The notes beneath the pieces were generated by a model. The model was not told the DNA's origin, did not search any database, and worked only from the letters and a program-made list of their open reading frames with translations. DNA of 64,000 nt from Botryllus schlosseri. Lineage: Eukaryota. This document shows positions 13,466-26,649 of this stretch, in pieces. The stretch is from contig CM119372.1 in assembly GCA_051294905.1 (NCBI GenBank), positions 31,374,001 to 31,438,000 on the forward strand, written 5' to 3'. Each line of letters begins with the position of its first letter. Position 1 is the stretch's first letter. The translations under genes were made by a program, and so were the position numbers.

Positions 13466-14982
13466 CCGTAATTTTCCAAGTATAGTACGCCCCCATGTAT
13501 AATACGCACCCCTAAAATAGCATGTAAATTCTGGGGGAAAGTCTGTACCCATGTATAGTACGCACCTTTCATTTCAGTACATGAATAGTTCCGAGATGTC
13601 ACTCTTGAACAATCATTACATAACGATCGCTAATCATTATACAATTGCGGGATTGTCTTTAAACGATAGTAGATAGCAGCCAAAGCCTGCGAGGCGGGTG
13701 GTGCGATACATCTTGAGCACGAGGAGACCTTTTACAGATGCGATTGCTAATCATTATACAATTAACGGTATTGTCTCTAAACGTTAGTAGATAGCAGCCA
13801 AAGCCTGCGAGGCCGGCGGCGAGTTAGTTTAGGCCAACGAACCGACATCTTGTGCATGATGCCTTTTACAGATGCGATTGCGCCTAGGCTAACGGTTATG
13901 TCATGCGCAACAGGTCTGTTGGAGATGCGACTGATTACGCAAGCGATTATATCTTGCGCACATGGCCTCTTGTATATGCATATGCGATTGTTCGGGCCTG
14001 TCGTTGACGCGATGAATTGGCGAGAATTGCCGCGCGCGAGTATCTATTAGAGTGACTATTACTATAGAAATTAAACATGGAACGGCAACGACCGATTTTG
14101 CAGCTTCGTTCCGCTTCGCCGAGGCTGGAGTGGAGAATTGTTTTGCGTAAGCGACTGTAGGATTTCTGGTAATCCAAAATCTATCTTCCCGAGCGCAGAA
14201 ATTATTGAATCTGGTCTTGATCGAAAGCTACCGTTGCACCGATTCCGAAAATATAAATTGAAATAATGATCAGGCACTGATCCATCTAGAATCCGTCCTC
14301 CAAGTCTGAAATATCGGCATTGTTCGAACAATCGGAGAGTCACAAGGGGTCATTGCTATGGCCATTGTGTTGCGGTTACCCGATTGTTCTGAACAATGCC
14401 GATATTTCAGACTTGGAGGACAGATTCTAGTTGGAACAGTGCCTGATCAATATTTTAATTTATATTTTCGGAATCGGTGCTACAGTAGCTTTCGATCAAG
14501 ACCAGATTCAGTAATTTCTGCGCTCGGGAAGATAGCTTTTGGATTGCCAGAAATCCTACAGTGGATTACGCAAAACAATTCTCCACTCCAGCCTCGGCGA
14601 AGCGGAACGAAGCTGCAAAATCGGTCGTTGCCGTTCCATGTTTAATTTCTATACTATTACTGACCTAACTTCGCTCGCGTACAAACGGCAATCGGCAAAC
14701 CAACTCAGCAGGAGGTCGCGTGCTTGTGCACACGGCTCTCGTTAATTGGTAAAACAGGCTTCCTTTAATTGGCAGCGCGTCACACTCTATAATACGAATT
14801 ACTACCCGCGATGGCTGAAAGTGACGCGCGATTGGAAACAAACATGAAGAAAGCTGTGATTTCAAGTTTTTTATCGAGGGAGATTTTTTTCAAGCGTGTT
14901 GTTCCCATGTTATAATACGCACCCCCTGATTTTAGGGCAAAAAATCGTGTAAATTTTGCGGATTATACATGGAAAATTACGG
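13466..14982. mobile_element. Non-autonomous Tc1/mariner-type (Tc2/pogo-like) element
   Basis: TA|CCGTAATTTTCCA ... TGGAAAATTACGG|TA; subterminal TATAATACGCACC motifs; internal ~75-bp direct repeat (13625/13741). Confidence 0.8.
14063..14653. mobile_element. Foldback/hairpin MITE with 7-bp TSD (P-superfamily-like), nested in the Tc1/mariner element
   Basis: ~270-bp inverted arms TATAGAAATTAAACATGGAACGGC...; TSD CTATTAC on both sides. Confidence 0.85.
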
Positions 14983-15657
14983 TACGCACTGGCAAGTTCG
15001 TAAGTAATTCCGACAACTCTGGAATATGATGTTTAAAGCAGACAAGAATGATGATTACAAACCCAAAAGCGCGCAACTAATCAGTAATTGTCTCTTACGG
15101 CCAACACAATGGGTTTCTGACTTCGCGTTGAGTAGCTCGCATCGCGGCAATCGTTTACATATTAAAACAGCGCTTTTGGCGGCATTGCTACATTTCGCGA
15201 TTTACGTTCGCAAAGCATTTGAGTATATCGGTTGTATATGCCTCAAAATGATTAAGGGCAAAATATATAACGTCCTATTCCTATTTATTGTAAGGACAAT
15301 GGGCTAGAAGTAATTCCAATTGCGGGCGCATGCCGCGATCTTATCAATAGAAATCCCCTGTCTACCAAATGCCCAACAGTTTGTAATTCGATACTATTGT
15401 TCTCGATACGAGTCCGACCAGCGATCAAGTTTATTGGAATATAGAAGGTTGCCCGTTCAAACGAATCGAATAAATTCAGAATTGTGCCGTCTCGTGATGC
15501 ATCAATATTTGACAGCGACATTCAATGCCGTGCACAATGCGCCATGTTCATATCGAATGGAACACTGACAAATGACACGCTCTCGTATTCGACATTTCAT
15601 GCTGGCGACGTTATATTTTGTGCTACGATTGTTGATATACTGTACGATGTTCTTTTG

Positions 15658-15780
15658 AATTCTCTACTAGTTGCTGACGATTACCCCTGACGAGTGTCAG
15701 CCGAAAATATTCGGGTTCACTTCAATATGAATATACTATTCAATTGTATATTGAAGTTCTGTACCTCCAGGAAGCTGTAC
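15658..15780 (+). mobile_element. Penelope-like 3' terminal repeat (shortest complete-motif copy)
   Basis: aattctctactagttgctgacga...aatatactattcaattgtata shared with 58110-58225; another partial copy at ~58710-58775. Confidence 0.7.
15673..15716 (+). ncRNA. Putative minimal type I hammerhead ribozyme
   Basis: ACCC-CUGACGA-G[UGUCAGC]C-GAAA-[AUAU]-UC^-GGGU: stem I ACCC/GGGU, intact core, palindromic stem III loop, predicted cut after C15712. Confidence 0.55.
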
Positions 15781-15810
15781 AAATGACATTGCACGATAAC
15801 TCGGGAATAC

Positions 15811-16475
15811 GGGCGGAGATAATAAAGTTGGATTAGCAATAAAGTCGATTATCGCGTTCGTCAGGATTAAGGAAACCGGTTGATCGCAGCGCATAAGTTA
15901 GTGTTAATCTCATGATTCAACAAATCGTATCAAACTATAGATAACTAGAGAAACTGCGTACACTGCAACCATTCATACGCACAAATATTTCCGATGATGA
16001 CCGTGCCGACTGTTTTCCAGGTGCCGTAATGGCTCCACTAAACAACCAACGAATTATGTACCCGCTATTGCGGAGCGATATCAATATTCTATAATCCGTT
16101 TCTTAGCTGTACCGCACTAATTGGACACGACTTTCATTTCGCGATGATGATCATTCTACTTGTTGCAGTGGCAGTAACGTTAACAGCAGGCTGCTGTTTC
16201 ATTCAACAAATTGACAACTGACAGCCTATAACGCGTTTTCGCATTATGATGCAACAGATAACGCCACTTGATTGAAAACTCGGGACACCTCGACTGACCA
16301 TCGCGCGTAACCTTTTCCAACTTAATGCGTCGCGATTAGCAGTATTTAATCACACGATTAGCATTCTTCGGGATCAGAAAACTTAATCATCTCCGCCTAA
16401 AATGCGTGCCGCATAGCAGTTTTTATTCACATGATCAGCATTCTCCCGGATCTGCTAACTTTATTATCTCCGACC
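15811..16475. mobile_element. MITE with 3-bp TSD (possibly PIF/Harbinger-like)
   Basis: TAC|GGGCGGAGATAATAAAGTT ... AACTTTATTATCTCCGACC|TAC; related end at ~7490-7536. Confidence 0.55.
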
Positions 16476-16660
16476 TACAAGTGTGTCAAGCAGAGCTCAA
16501 AAATATAGACGGTTGCAAACGAGAAAGCGTGAATCTAATCAGTTTCTCGTCTCTTGCGTACTGCACGAACGGATTCTGATTGTGGCATCGTATTGGGTAG
16601 GTCGTCTCGCGACAATGGTTTTCTCATTATTTCGGTGTTCAAGCTGTATTGATACATTAA

Positions 16661-16941
16661 AGGGGCACTGCGCTCTAAAAATGAAGTGGTCTCAAATTGA
16701 AGGTAAAAACGAACAAAAATTTTTGGCCGCGGCCATTTCCTTCAGAACGCCACCGTAAGGGAGCTGCAATTTATTGAAATTTCTACAAGACCAGCCGGCG
16801 CGGCTGCTTAACCCGTTACATGGCACAATATCTTAACCGTCGCACTTGCTCGACGTGATTAGGTAGTCACGCAGAGAACGAATTTTAGATAGTTGTCAGC
16901 CGATGTTCTGAAGGAAGTGTGTCTTAGTTTCGTTCTCTGCG
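16661..16941. mobile_element. Truncated copy of Kolobok-like TTAA hairpin MITE
   Basis: TTAA|AGGGGCACTGCGCTCTAAAAATG; one arm plus spacer, spacer inverted relative to the 26650 copy. Confidence 0.8.
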
Positions 16942-18247
16942 CATCTGAAAAAGGTGCTTTTTAACGCACAACCATTTATTGACTCAGCAATATATGGCCA
17001 AGCATATTCAGATATATCCGAACTATTAGAATGCGGATCGCACTACACTTTGATAAAGTACAGCTAAATTTGACCTGTTTTCTACTGGTCTGGTAGCCGC
17101 TGACGAAAAATAATCACCAAGTCCGCTTGCTATGGCCCTGAGTTGAATAGATGAATATGGTATGTTTTTCACGTTAGCTCATATGTTGGCTTAAAAAGGT
17201 AAACATTTTCACCAGCGAACTTGTGCTGAATTCGGCTTGACTTTTTCCTGCTTAGTAGCAATTTGGTCGAGAGGCTGTCACAAGCCCAACGAAATCGTCT
17301 CGTGAGCCTCTCTTTATCAGGGGGTGTCATATCTACGGAAAGCATTTGAACATATATTCAGCTCAAAATCCGCCAGAGAAACATACAATTGTAAAGAACT
17401 AGTTTCATACTCGACAGTTCTACCATAAAAATCTAAAAACCTTGTGAGCCTGTGTATCTTCTGATACAATCTGAAAGCCAGATTGCCCCTAAAAACTTAG
17501 AATTTCCCCCCAAGGAAGGAATTCCCCCCCCCCCCCCGCAGTTGGGAACCACTGCACTAATATGTAGCTATAGCACGTAACGAAAGTTAAATAACGAGGC
17601 TTGAACATATGCGTAAACGCAAGAGACGGGTTCGCTCGTGGTTGGTTCCCTGCATCATCGCAGTATGAATGTGGAAATCAGGTCTAATACTTACCACCAG
17701 TTTCGTCACCATGCTACTTGATCCGGCAATGCCATAAATCTCGGCCGCCGGTTGTGCAGGTGGACTAAAGTGACTTCTTCGGGTGTACTGTTGACGTAAT
17801 TCACCGAATATGCGTCATTCATAATATAGTCAGTCACAAACATAGGACACTGCAGAACATTGATGACGCGTTCCAAGCGATACGCTATATTATGTTCAGT
17901 AGCCTACAGCATTCAGTTTTAATGTTATTTCTGATCCGATTCGGCCTATCATGCGTATATATTTTATTTAACAACTGCTGGATGTGGCTTGTAATGAAAG
18001 CTGAAAGGAGGTATGTGTGCGTCTATCAGAGAATTGATTTAATACTTACGAACCAGGAAATAGTGTTGGATTGCTGGCCTCAGAATGAGACGCACTGTTG
18101 AGGCGACGTTGATTTGAGGACACCTGCTTTCGTTGCAACCACAGCACTGACTATAATCTCCACTCTATGACTATACGCAGACGTACGCCAAAATAACTCC
18201 TAATCAGCTTCATAAGATCATATACTATATTCTTTGCATGTATAGTC

Positions 18248-19362
18248 TAGGGTTGCCATATTTCAGCAACCCAAATTCCGGGCACTCTTTAGCGCCCACT
18301 AGCGGATTTCAAAATGAGTTATGACATCACACTAGCAAAGCTTTGCTCATAGACCAGAGGTAGTCACGGTCCGGTTCAGGAGTATGTGGCTCTGTGTGTT
18401 GTGTAACCGGGGCCGAAAGCATATGTTTTCAGCCCCCTCCCGCCCAAACAAACAATGATTTTGAGCCCACACTATGGGGTAATCATTCTGGGCGGGGGGG
18501 TGCTTGCTATATGAATCTGGTTTCTATATGCATCTGGTCGTTAAATTATTTGAATAAATTCTGTCAATAATATTGGTCGTTCCATATATTACTATATAGA
18601 TAAGTTTACTACTCTCCGCCCTCACGATCAGAGTTAGCGGTAGTGCTGGTGGAGGATGATGAGTTCGAAAATACAGGGAGCGTAATTGCACATCGTCAAG
18701 TCATGTTCATGTTCTACCTATAAGATTGTTTATCAGCCTTATGCCGGTGCGCACCACGGAGCTTCATAAACACCCCACATCCAGTGGTGTCCAACCTTTT
18801 GTGGTCGCGACTCCATCTACAATTGGAAAATGTTCCGTGGCCCAGATCAAAATGTTACGAGCTGATTCCTAAAAGAAGTCAGCACCTTTGCCCTGACTTA
18901 CTCACGGGCTCTTTTGGAAGCTGATTACGTTCAACATATTCGCAAACCCTAGAATAAAGGCAAAATACCCCCCCCCCCCTTCGTTTGGAACCACTATCTT
19001 TGAATAAAGCATTTGAACGGCCTTAACGATCTCTAGGACTACCGTTCTCCTATAGTTGTGATTACAATTAGGCTTATTCCAGTAAATGAAGGTCGTTTTG
19101 ATTTATATTTTATGGCAGTTTTTGTGAGAGTGGTAGTCTCCATATTAAAATCAATAAATGTGATAGTAAATCGCGCGCAGCGCGAAGAAAAATATCATAC
19201 ATCAGCATAAATATTCCCAAAAAATATTGTTTTTATGCTGATTTACGAAAAAAATTATGAGCCTACGTCAAAATTCCGGACATTTGGCATATTTTAGAAA
19301 TTCCTCCCGGACGCTAGTTTGAACAGTGAAATTCCGGACATGTCCGGGAAATTCCGGACGTA
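18248..19362. mobile_element. hAT-type MITE with TCCGGAC subterminal repeats; right TIR apparently deleted
   Basis: GTATAGTC|TAGGGTTGCCATA left end; right end ...TTCCGGAC GTATAGTC. Confidence 0.55.
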
Positions 19363-19800
19363 TAGTCTAGTCACGCTTGCGCGTATTGCAGTCTAGGTAA
19401 TGGCAAGTTATGAGTAACAATTGTATCACAATGTGCAATGCGCATGTATTACTACGTCGTGTTACAAGCAGACATGGGGTAATCGCGATTAGTAATCGTA
19501 ATCCATTACGACGATTACAGCATTTTGAAGTAATCGTAATCGCAATCGATTACATTCGAAAAAAATTCGAAGTAATCGTAATCGTAATCGACTACTTCCC
19601 ATATCTAATCGATTTTTTTGTGAAAGAACGATTACTTTTTGTTTGTACAAGGACTATATGACATAAACTGAATATTCGTGAACAAGAATGAGATAATATA
19701 CCACGTTAGCGATAGCACAAACGTCTGTTTCCAAACGCCACTGACTCATTATTACGTCAGAAGTAATAGCTCCGCTCGTCATTGCGTAAGAAGTATCCAC

Positions 19801-20583
19801 CAGAGATGCCACTCCTGGGTTTTTCCACCCAGGTCTGGGTTTTTCGAGCATCACCTGGGTTTCTGGGTTTTTGTCCTTGAAATCTGGGTTTTTTCAACAT
19901 CATGTTCGCCAGGTTAATTTTACGTTCGAAAATTAATTATATTAGATTAGCAAAATCATAATGTCGAAAATGCACGAGCTTCAGTTGTCGATTGACTGCT
20001 TGATTGCTGTATTGTCGAGGAATTTTGTTATATTGTAACGGCAGAGTCTTGAGAAACGGTTTCACTACTAAAATGACAGGCCGTGATGTGATAGAGCTTT
20101 ATTGTATACCAACTTTCAGCTCGCAGAAAGTCATGTTCATAGGGCAACTCATTGGAATTAGGAACCGTTTTCCTACAAGTTATGTCGATTCAAGACTTGA
20201 CTGCTAGTATCAATAAATAAAATAAGATCTTGGTTGCTTTCATAGCTTATTTAATGTCCACTTGCAAAGTAATAATTTTATTTACCACACGAGCTTTCGG
20301 AGCAACGCGCACCAATTATTTCCGTAGCAATGCGTCAAAAGGAAAACGTATATTTTATATATTTGCATTGTTGACCGAGCAAAATGTATAGTATGAACTG
20401 TTGCAGTTTCAATATAAAGAGCTAACACTTGGTTCTATGTCAATGTGACTGTAATTAATGACAGTCAGTTTCCATTTTTCAGCTTCCGCATAGGAATTTG
20501 AGGGAAATATAGGATCTGGGTTTTTCTGGGTTTATTTAGCGTCCACATCTTGGTTTTTCCGAAATATCCCAGTGGCATCTCTG
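19801..20583. mobile_element. hAT MITE nested in the 19469 element
   Basis: CAGAGATGCCACT ... AGTGGCATCTCTG; TSD GTATCCAC; empty site present in copy 2 (~36834-36841); CTGGGTTTTT subterminal repeats. Confidence 0.9.
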
Positions 20584-21755
20584 GTATCCACACATAGTAA
20601 ACAGACATGCGATGGACATTGTAGTGCGATTGTAAGAACACCTCCCGTGGTGTGTATCAGGTTATCAATACACTACAGAAGCCCCTACCTCGCAGCAGGA
20701 TATTGATCACCACTCTGCATATAGTTTCAAAGAGTAACTTATCTATTGATGTTTGGTTGTGCTTAGTTAAACGCAGTTTACCGTTGCTGCTTGGCGAGCA
20801 AGAGGCCTACGTACGTACGCACGTGCAGCGTGCACCTGACGAAGATTCGGAATTTTGTACTCGTCGAATAAAACATTGCAGTTTCCACAACGAAGCATTA
20901 CAAATAAACAGCTGCTGATATATATCATAACCGAGCCGTGATTAGCCGTTTCTCGTAACAGCAACTCGCAGTATCTGTATTAAGTTGAAGGCAGAATTTT
21001 TATGTTCACTATATCTTATTCTCATATAACTACTTGAAACGGGCGTCAATCGTTATTTCACAGTTCGTTACTTAGCATTTGGACCTGCTGCCATAACCAT
21101 CCGCTTATATAGCCTGACATGTTACGGTGGGTTGTAGCTAGAATAAGCAATTCAGCCAATTCAGCCAAAACAGCAATTCGTCCCCCTGTCCAACCGTTGG
21201 TCAATTTTCAAATCTGAATTTCGTCAATAATATTGGTAATTGCATTATATTACTATTATTCATTTAGAACCTCGCTCGGCCCCGAGTGTCATGGCATCTG
21301 GTATGTTGTTATAATTACTTTATTGTATGTTGTTAATTCGCGACCTCCAGTCTGTTGTATAATCAAAAGATATTGTACTCGCCCAAACGTAGCAGACTAA
21401 AAGAATATCTTTTGTGAGACGCACACACAAATTGTCATGGCTTTATTCCTTTGTGGATGCGCCGGGTAACATTTGCATTGTGGGCCCAGATTGGAAGGAC
21501 AGGAGTTACTAGTCACGCCCAACCAGCGCGGCTATTGACAATGGACGAATACCCTAAGTTTCGGCCAAGGTATTTCTTTGGTATCGCATCTCGTGGAGTT
21601 GCGTGTTGTCCGAAACTACTTATGTCTTTTGGTGTGTTGTGGGATCGTGGCGCGGTAATGACCGGCTCCGAAATGCATGTTCCCTTAAAATAGCCTATGC
21701 ATGTTTTTTCTTGAGGGGAAGAGGTATGCATTTTAAACCCAGCTATCTAATGGAG

Positions 21756-22470
21756 CAGGCGTCACCAACCGTTTTGAAACAAATAGCTACTTCTTGTGTA
21801 GTGTGTACTGATTATTGCGACGACCGACGGGTTACCACTTACTCCCACCGTTTATCCTTGTTTAGTTGGATTTCTTCACTTAGAGTAAGACAATCAGAGC
21901 ACTGGGTCGGGTTTCCGCCCCTTACCAAGAACAAAAAACGCTCACTCGCCGGGACTCACACCAGCTCTTCCGGGCTCAGTTGCGTTGCTGCAGTGCGCGC
22001 CGAAGCGCCAATCCCCGCGTTGAGACTAGGGAATATTAACTATAGATTCCCTTTGAGTCGCCGCGTGGGCGAAGACAAGCAATGCGCCGAGCGACTGCGT
22101 TCGTATGTTCCTTGGGGTCTGCCGACCTATGTTCAACTGCTGCTCATATGAGCTGCTGCTCCCCAGGATATACTACATCAAAACTAAGTAATTCTACCGC
22201 ATGCAGCGACGTGATGATTATCGGGATATGGTACTTTTCTGACAAATGCAGAGATTTGAAGATGATTGACACATCTGTACGGAATCCTATTCTTGCTTTA
22301 CACGGATTTCCATGTTTATTCGTTATTATCCTTCAAAAAAGTGCATAATCCAAATAGGGGGACACTTCGACGAGGGGGGCCCCGGGCGACCGCCCACTTC
22401 GCCCACCCCAAAAGCCACCACTGCTACAGCAACCGCGGACGACTCATTTGGTCGGCGTTGGTGACCTCTG
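21756..22470. mobile_element. hAT/Charlie-like MITE nested in the 19469 element, containing a 28S rDNA fragment
   Basis: CAGGCGTCACCAAC ... GTTGGTGACCTCTG; imperfect TSD TAATGGAG/TACTAGAG; absent from copy 2. Confidence 0.7.
21839..22150 (-). pseudogene. Degraded 28S (LSU) rRNA fragment, two non-adjacent pieces fused
   Basis: Matches, as I recall them, conserved eukaryotic LSU motifs on the reverse strand: TTACTCCC.CCGTTTA...ATTTCTTCACTT...TCAGAGCACTGGG (21839-21906) and GGGAATATTAAC...ATTCCCTTT...GACC.ATGTTCAACTGCTG.TCA.ATG (to 22150). Confidence 0.85.
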
Positions 22471-24824
22471 TACTAGAGACATTTGAATCGCAAAGCTCGA
22501 AGAACATTTTCAAGAATTAATTAAATTCTCGAAAATACTCTATAATTTATGTTGGTTTACGAAATACTTTTTAGTCCCCTTCGAGCACGCTCCCCACCCT
22601 ATTAAGGAATTTGCGGTGCGGCAGGTAAAGACCTGGAAATAATGCAAATTGTTGGATGCGATAAATCATCCACTATAAAGTTGGGCAATTGGTATATTAT
22701 GACGTAATAAGCAAATGACGCATGATGTATGAAGAGAGTTGATATCTCATTACGCCTTTTCATCGCAATCCTTGTATTGTCTTCCAATATATCATTTAAG
22801 ATTATTGTCCTATGAAGCAAAACAAATGTAATCGTGAGTAATCGTGATTACTTTTCCAATGTAATCGTAATCGTAATCGACTACTTCCTGATTTTGCTGT
22901 AATCGTAATCGTAATCGCGTGATTCCGGAGTAATCGTAATCGCAATCGATTACATTCATAAAGTAATCACCTTATGTCTGGTTACAAGCGACTTGATTTT
23001 TGACAAAGCATAGAATTATGAAGAGACATGAAATCATACTGGTAGAGCTCCTATTCCACTGTTCGTTCGTCTACAAATGAATTCTTTTGATGTGTAGCTG
23101 AACGCTGGTCATAAAGGCTACATACAGTGGTTAGTACAGTAAATTACTCGAGTGGCTAATATCAGTCAGCTCATTCGCGTTTCTAAATAACGTAGCACCG
23201 AAGAAATCGGAAATGACACCAGAAGGCTTGTATCCTCCAGCTTACCGCTTTCCAGATTATCAGCTGTAGGCTGGCAGATGAGAAATCTGACACTAGTATG
23301 GCAGTTTGAAGTGACGTGTTTGAGTGATATTCAGAAAAGACGGTAAAAACGTCAAATGTGTCGGCATATATATTCCGAGACTTAAATAGATCACGTGGAA
23401 ACAGACTAAAGAGAATAGGTTCCATCTTCAGCTATAAAGATTGGCCCAACGGTGTCCAGCCCACACATGTAAAGTCAAGTTGTTACAGTAAATATGCGTT
23501 GCATAGGCATTCGCTAACTTGGGCATTGACAAATACATACGTATCGCTTCTAGAGAGATATCTTACCTTGCACGTTCCGTCACCCTGTGACTATTATTGG
23601 TGGGATATAGAGTATTTCTGGAACTTCGATATATATACGCGCTGGCACAGCGGCCACGAATAAATAAACAAGTCAGCAAAATAAGTTATCTTTGGTGACG
23701 GATATCGTTATTCACGTGATGCCATGACTATGTGAAAGTTGCAGTTGCAACTGGCACAGCACAATGCAGGTTTGCATTTGTTTTATAAGTGCAATGTATT
23801 GATCCAAGTCGTCGCCTATGAACGAGGATGCTATTTTCATGTGCTTCAAATAATTTATACTTGAAGAGATAGCAATTGATATTCGTCTACAGACTGTTTA
23901 ATATCATGGGACTTGATAGGACTGGCAGTTTGTAAACCTAATTGTAGTACTGGTGAGGTTAATATGACGAAGACTGAAATAGACCGGGCCAGCCGTCATG
24001 CTTGCCGTAGATTTTATCCTAGCCTGAGACCGCTGGTTTCAAGTCTAAGAAGTCGAAACTCTATTATTCACTCGAAGCAAACAGTACAGGCTACCTCGCC
24101 ACAATGACTGGACCCAATATTGAAAACTTGGTGTATGTATAGCGATATACACTGTGATCAGTTCTATATCCTTGATCGAATGAATTGCCAGAATGTAAAA
24201 TTTTAGGGCCACATTATTTGAAAAATGACGTGGAGCCATCAAGACGAAGTCTGACTTGCAGGGGGTATTCTTGCCTACGGCTACAGTGATTAGGTACTGT
24301 GTTTTTAATTCATTACACTGTTCCCAGGCAAGGTGGGTGTCTGATTTTGAAGACTACTCCAAGTCGTTTCGACACCTTCCTATATTTCAATTGTATCACA
24401 GTCTTGTGGTGTATTGAAATGATGAAATTTTTTAGCAATGTATTGAATTGAATTCCTATGTAGATATAGGCCTAGATATCCAAATCCAGATTTTCACTGA
24501 CTTTGACCAGTTAGTTGGTGAAACATGTCCCCCAACCAATTCGACTGACGTCAGTCAACATATTCTCTCCCCCAACAATTTCCAAAATTTCTCGCCCAAT
24601 TGTGAAGTAAATCGTTTGCCATTTGCAAAATTTCTTGCCTATTTGTAAAATTTTTCGCCGATTTGCATTGACGTAAATCCTTGCCTATTTGCAAAATGGG
24701 GTTCTCTGATGAAAATATGGTTTTTCGGATTTGGCCAAATAGGTGGGGGGCCGTATCAGCGGTTCTGACGATAGTATTTGATGGAAATCTGGATTTGGAT
24801 TTTGCCGAATTGGTGGGGGAGGGG

Positions 24825-25394
24825 CTGGGTTGTAATGACTCAAATCATGACTCGACTCGAGTCACGATTTTCCGATGATTCGACTTGACTCGAGTCATTT
24901 TCTCAAAATGAGGAAATGACTCGACTCGAGTCATTCTGTGTATTGATTCGACAAATTGCGCATGACTCGAACCAAGTCATATGACTCGAGACTCAAACAG
25001 CGAAGACCGACATTTCATTGTAATTTCGAAGAATAGTAATGTAACCACACTGTTGGGATTTCGTCTATTGCTACTGGTACCTGAAAATGCGACCAGAAAC
25101 TGCTAAAAGCGAGGAAAAGTAGTGTATTATAAATGCGAACCATTCGATATCACCAAACAGAGTTATAAAAAGTGGCTATAACAAGAATTTTACTGGAAAC
25201 TGAGAAGTCAACACCATGACTTGGACTCTGACTCGAGTCATAATACCATGACTCGGACTCGACCCGCTGATCGTTGACTTGGACTCAGACTTGACTCGGT
25301 GGTGAATTGAAAATGACTCGACCTGACTCGAGTCAAAACTATTAAAGTGAGATGGACTTGCGACTCGAAACCTTGTGACTTGGTTACAACCCTG
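24825..25394. mobile_element. hAT MITE with GACTCGAGTC repeats, copy 1
   Basis: CTGGGTTGTAA ... TTACAACCCTG; TSD GGGAGGGG. Confidence 0.85.
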
Positions 25395-26649
25395 GGGAGG
25401 GGACATATGGACTGACGTCAGTCGAATTGGTGAGGGGACATGTTGCACAAGATAAATGACGTCAGTTTTTTTGGATGAATATCTGGATTTGGATTTCACT
25501 GCATTTGTGGGGGAGGACCCAGCTAGGTCTTGCCCAACTGCGGGGGCTGATGACCCCACGCTGTCGTGAGTTTTGACCGTTCTTGGCAAGATTCCCGCCC
25601 ATTTGCACAATGAATCCTTGGCCCATTTGCAAAATTTCTTGCCCATTATTTGCAAAATAAGAACATCAACCTTTTCGAGAAATTAAGAAAACAAGTTTTT
25701 TCGAACATCCCTATAGTGCACTACACACATGTGGCCATTTGGCCTCAAAGGTCGGACACCCCTGCTTAGCATGTTCATTGTTCGTGCTGATTACTAGCGG
25801 GCAAATTGCCTAACTATCTGTACATATTCTGACCTACAGTATAGCCCGCCTTTATTTATTGCGTATACATAGACGACCGCAAGTGCAATTCTCTTTTTCT
25901 CAATGGCGTTTTCTTTTGCACAAGCACCCAAGAGACTCGGGTAAGCATTGTATTTATTCAATATCGAATATTTGCCAATCATATATGTTGCATGGCCTCA
26001 TTTTGATATTTTTCAACTTGGTTTTATTCGACAGCACAGCAGTGTCTAATAGTGATTTCAAAATGTATGGTCACTACGTTGTCCAACTGTCCATAGTGCC
26101 TCTTTGTTGACTGCTACACCCGGTCGGCGGTCACCCATCGTGTGCTGACTAAAAAACATCATCTGATCCACCCCGCAAATGATAAATTGATTCCGGCTCA
26201 ACTTAGCCTTATAGGCAGGCAGGCATATGTATTTGAGGCCATCGCCTATACTTGCGTATTTAGATATATATATAATATATATATGTTTGGACAAGAAACT
26301 AGCCTGTACTTGTGATTTGATCTTCACAGATGTCACCAAACCAACCACCAGTTAGATATACGCAAATTCGCATTCACATTTCAAGGTTTTTTAAATATAA
26401 GCCTGACACAATACTCGGTGAATCTATTTTGTCAATGTCGCTGATGCTGGCAACCATAGGCGCCGAGTTACGGGGTGGCGGCCACCCTATACAATAAGAT
26501 TAAACGCCGCCGTCTGCGATTTCAAATCATCAGCGCTGTCAATTAGCGAGTACGTGAGAGCGCGTAAATGCCAACTATTTACCATTAACCGATACCCGCG
26601 CGATTGATTGAATACGCAGCTTCGTCGGCGACGCCGAGCTAGTGCTTAA

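Larger units (their letters stand above)
19469..22980 (+). mobile_element. Non-autonomous hAT element with (GTAATC)n subterminal arrays, copy 1 (carries two nested insertions)
   Basis: CAGACATGGGGTAATC ... GTAATCACCTTATGTCTG; TSD GTTACAAG. Confidence 0.9.

Noticed and set aside
13947..14745. Repeated ORFs (EQCRYFRLGG..., MDCQKSYS...) here and at 29791-30510
   Set aside because: Translations of foldback MITE arms.
19478..19612. GTAATC/GTAATT/GACTC arrays as CRISPR-like or coding repeats (e.g. ITITIT, LQLQLQ ORFs)
   Set aside because: No repeat-spacer structure; they are subterminal arrays of hAT elements in a eukaryotic genome.
21603..22151. 182-aa ORF
   Set aside because: Spans a transposon/MITE/antisense-28S junction; no coherent protein.
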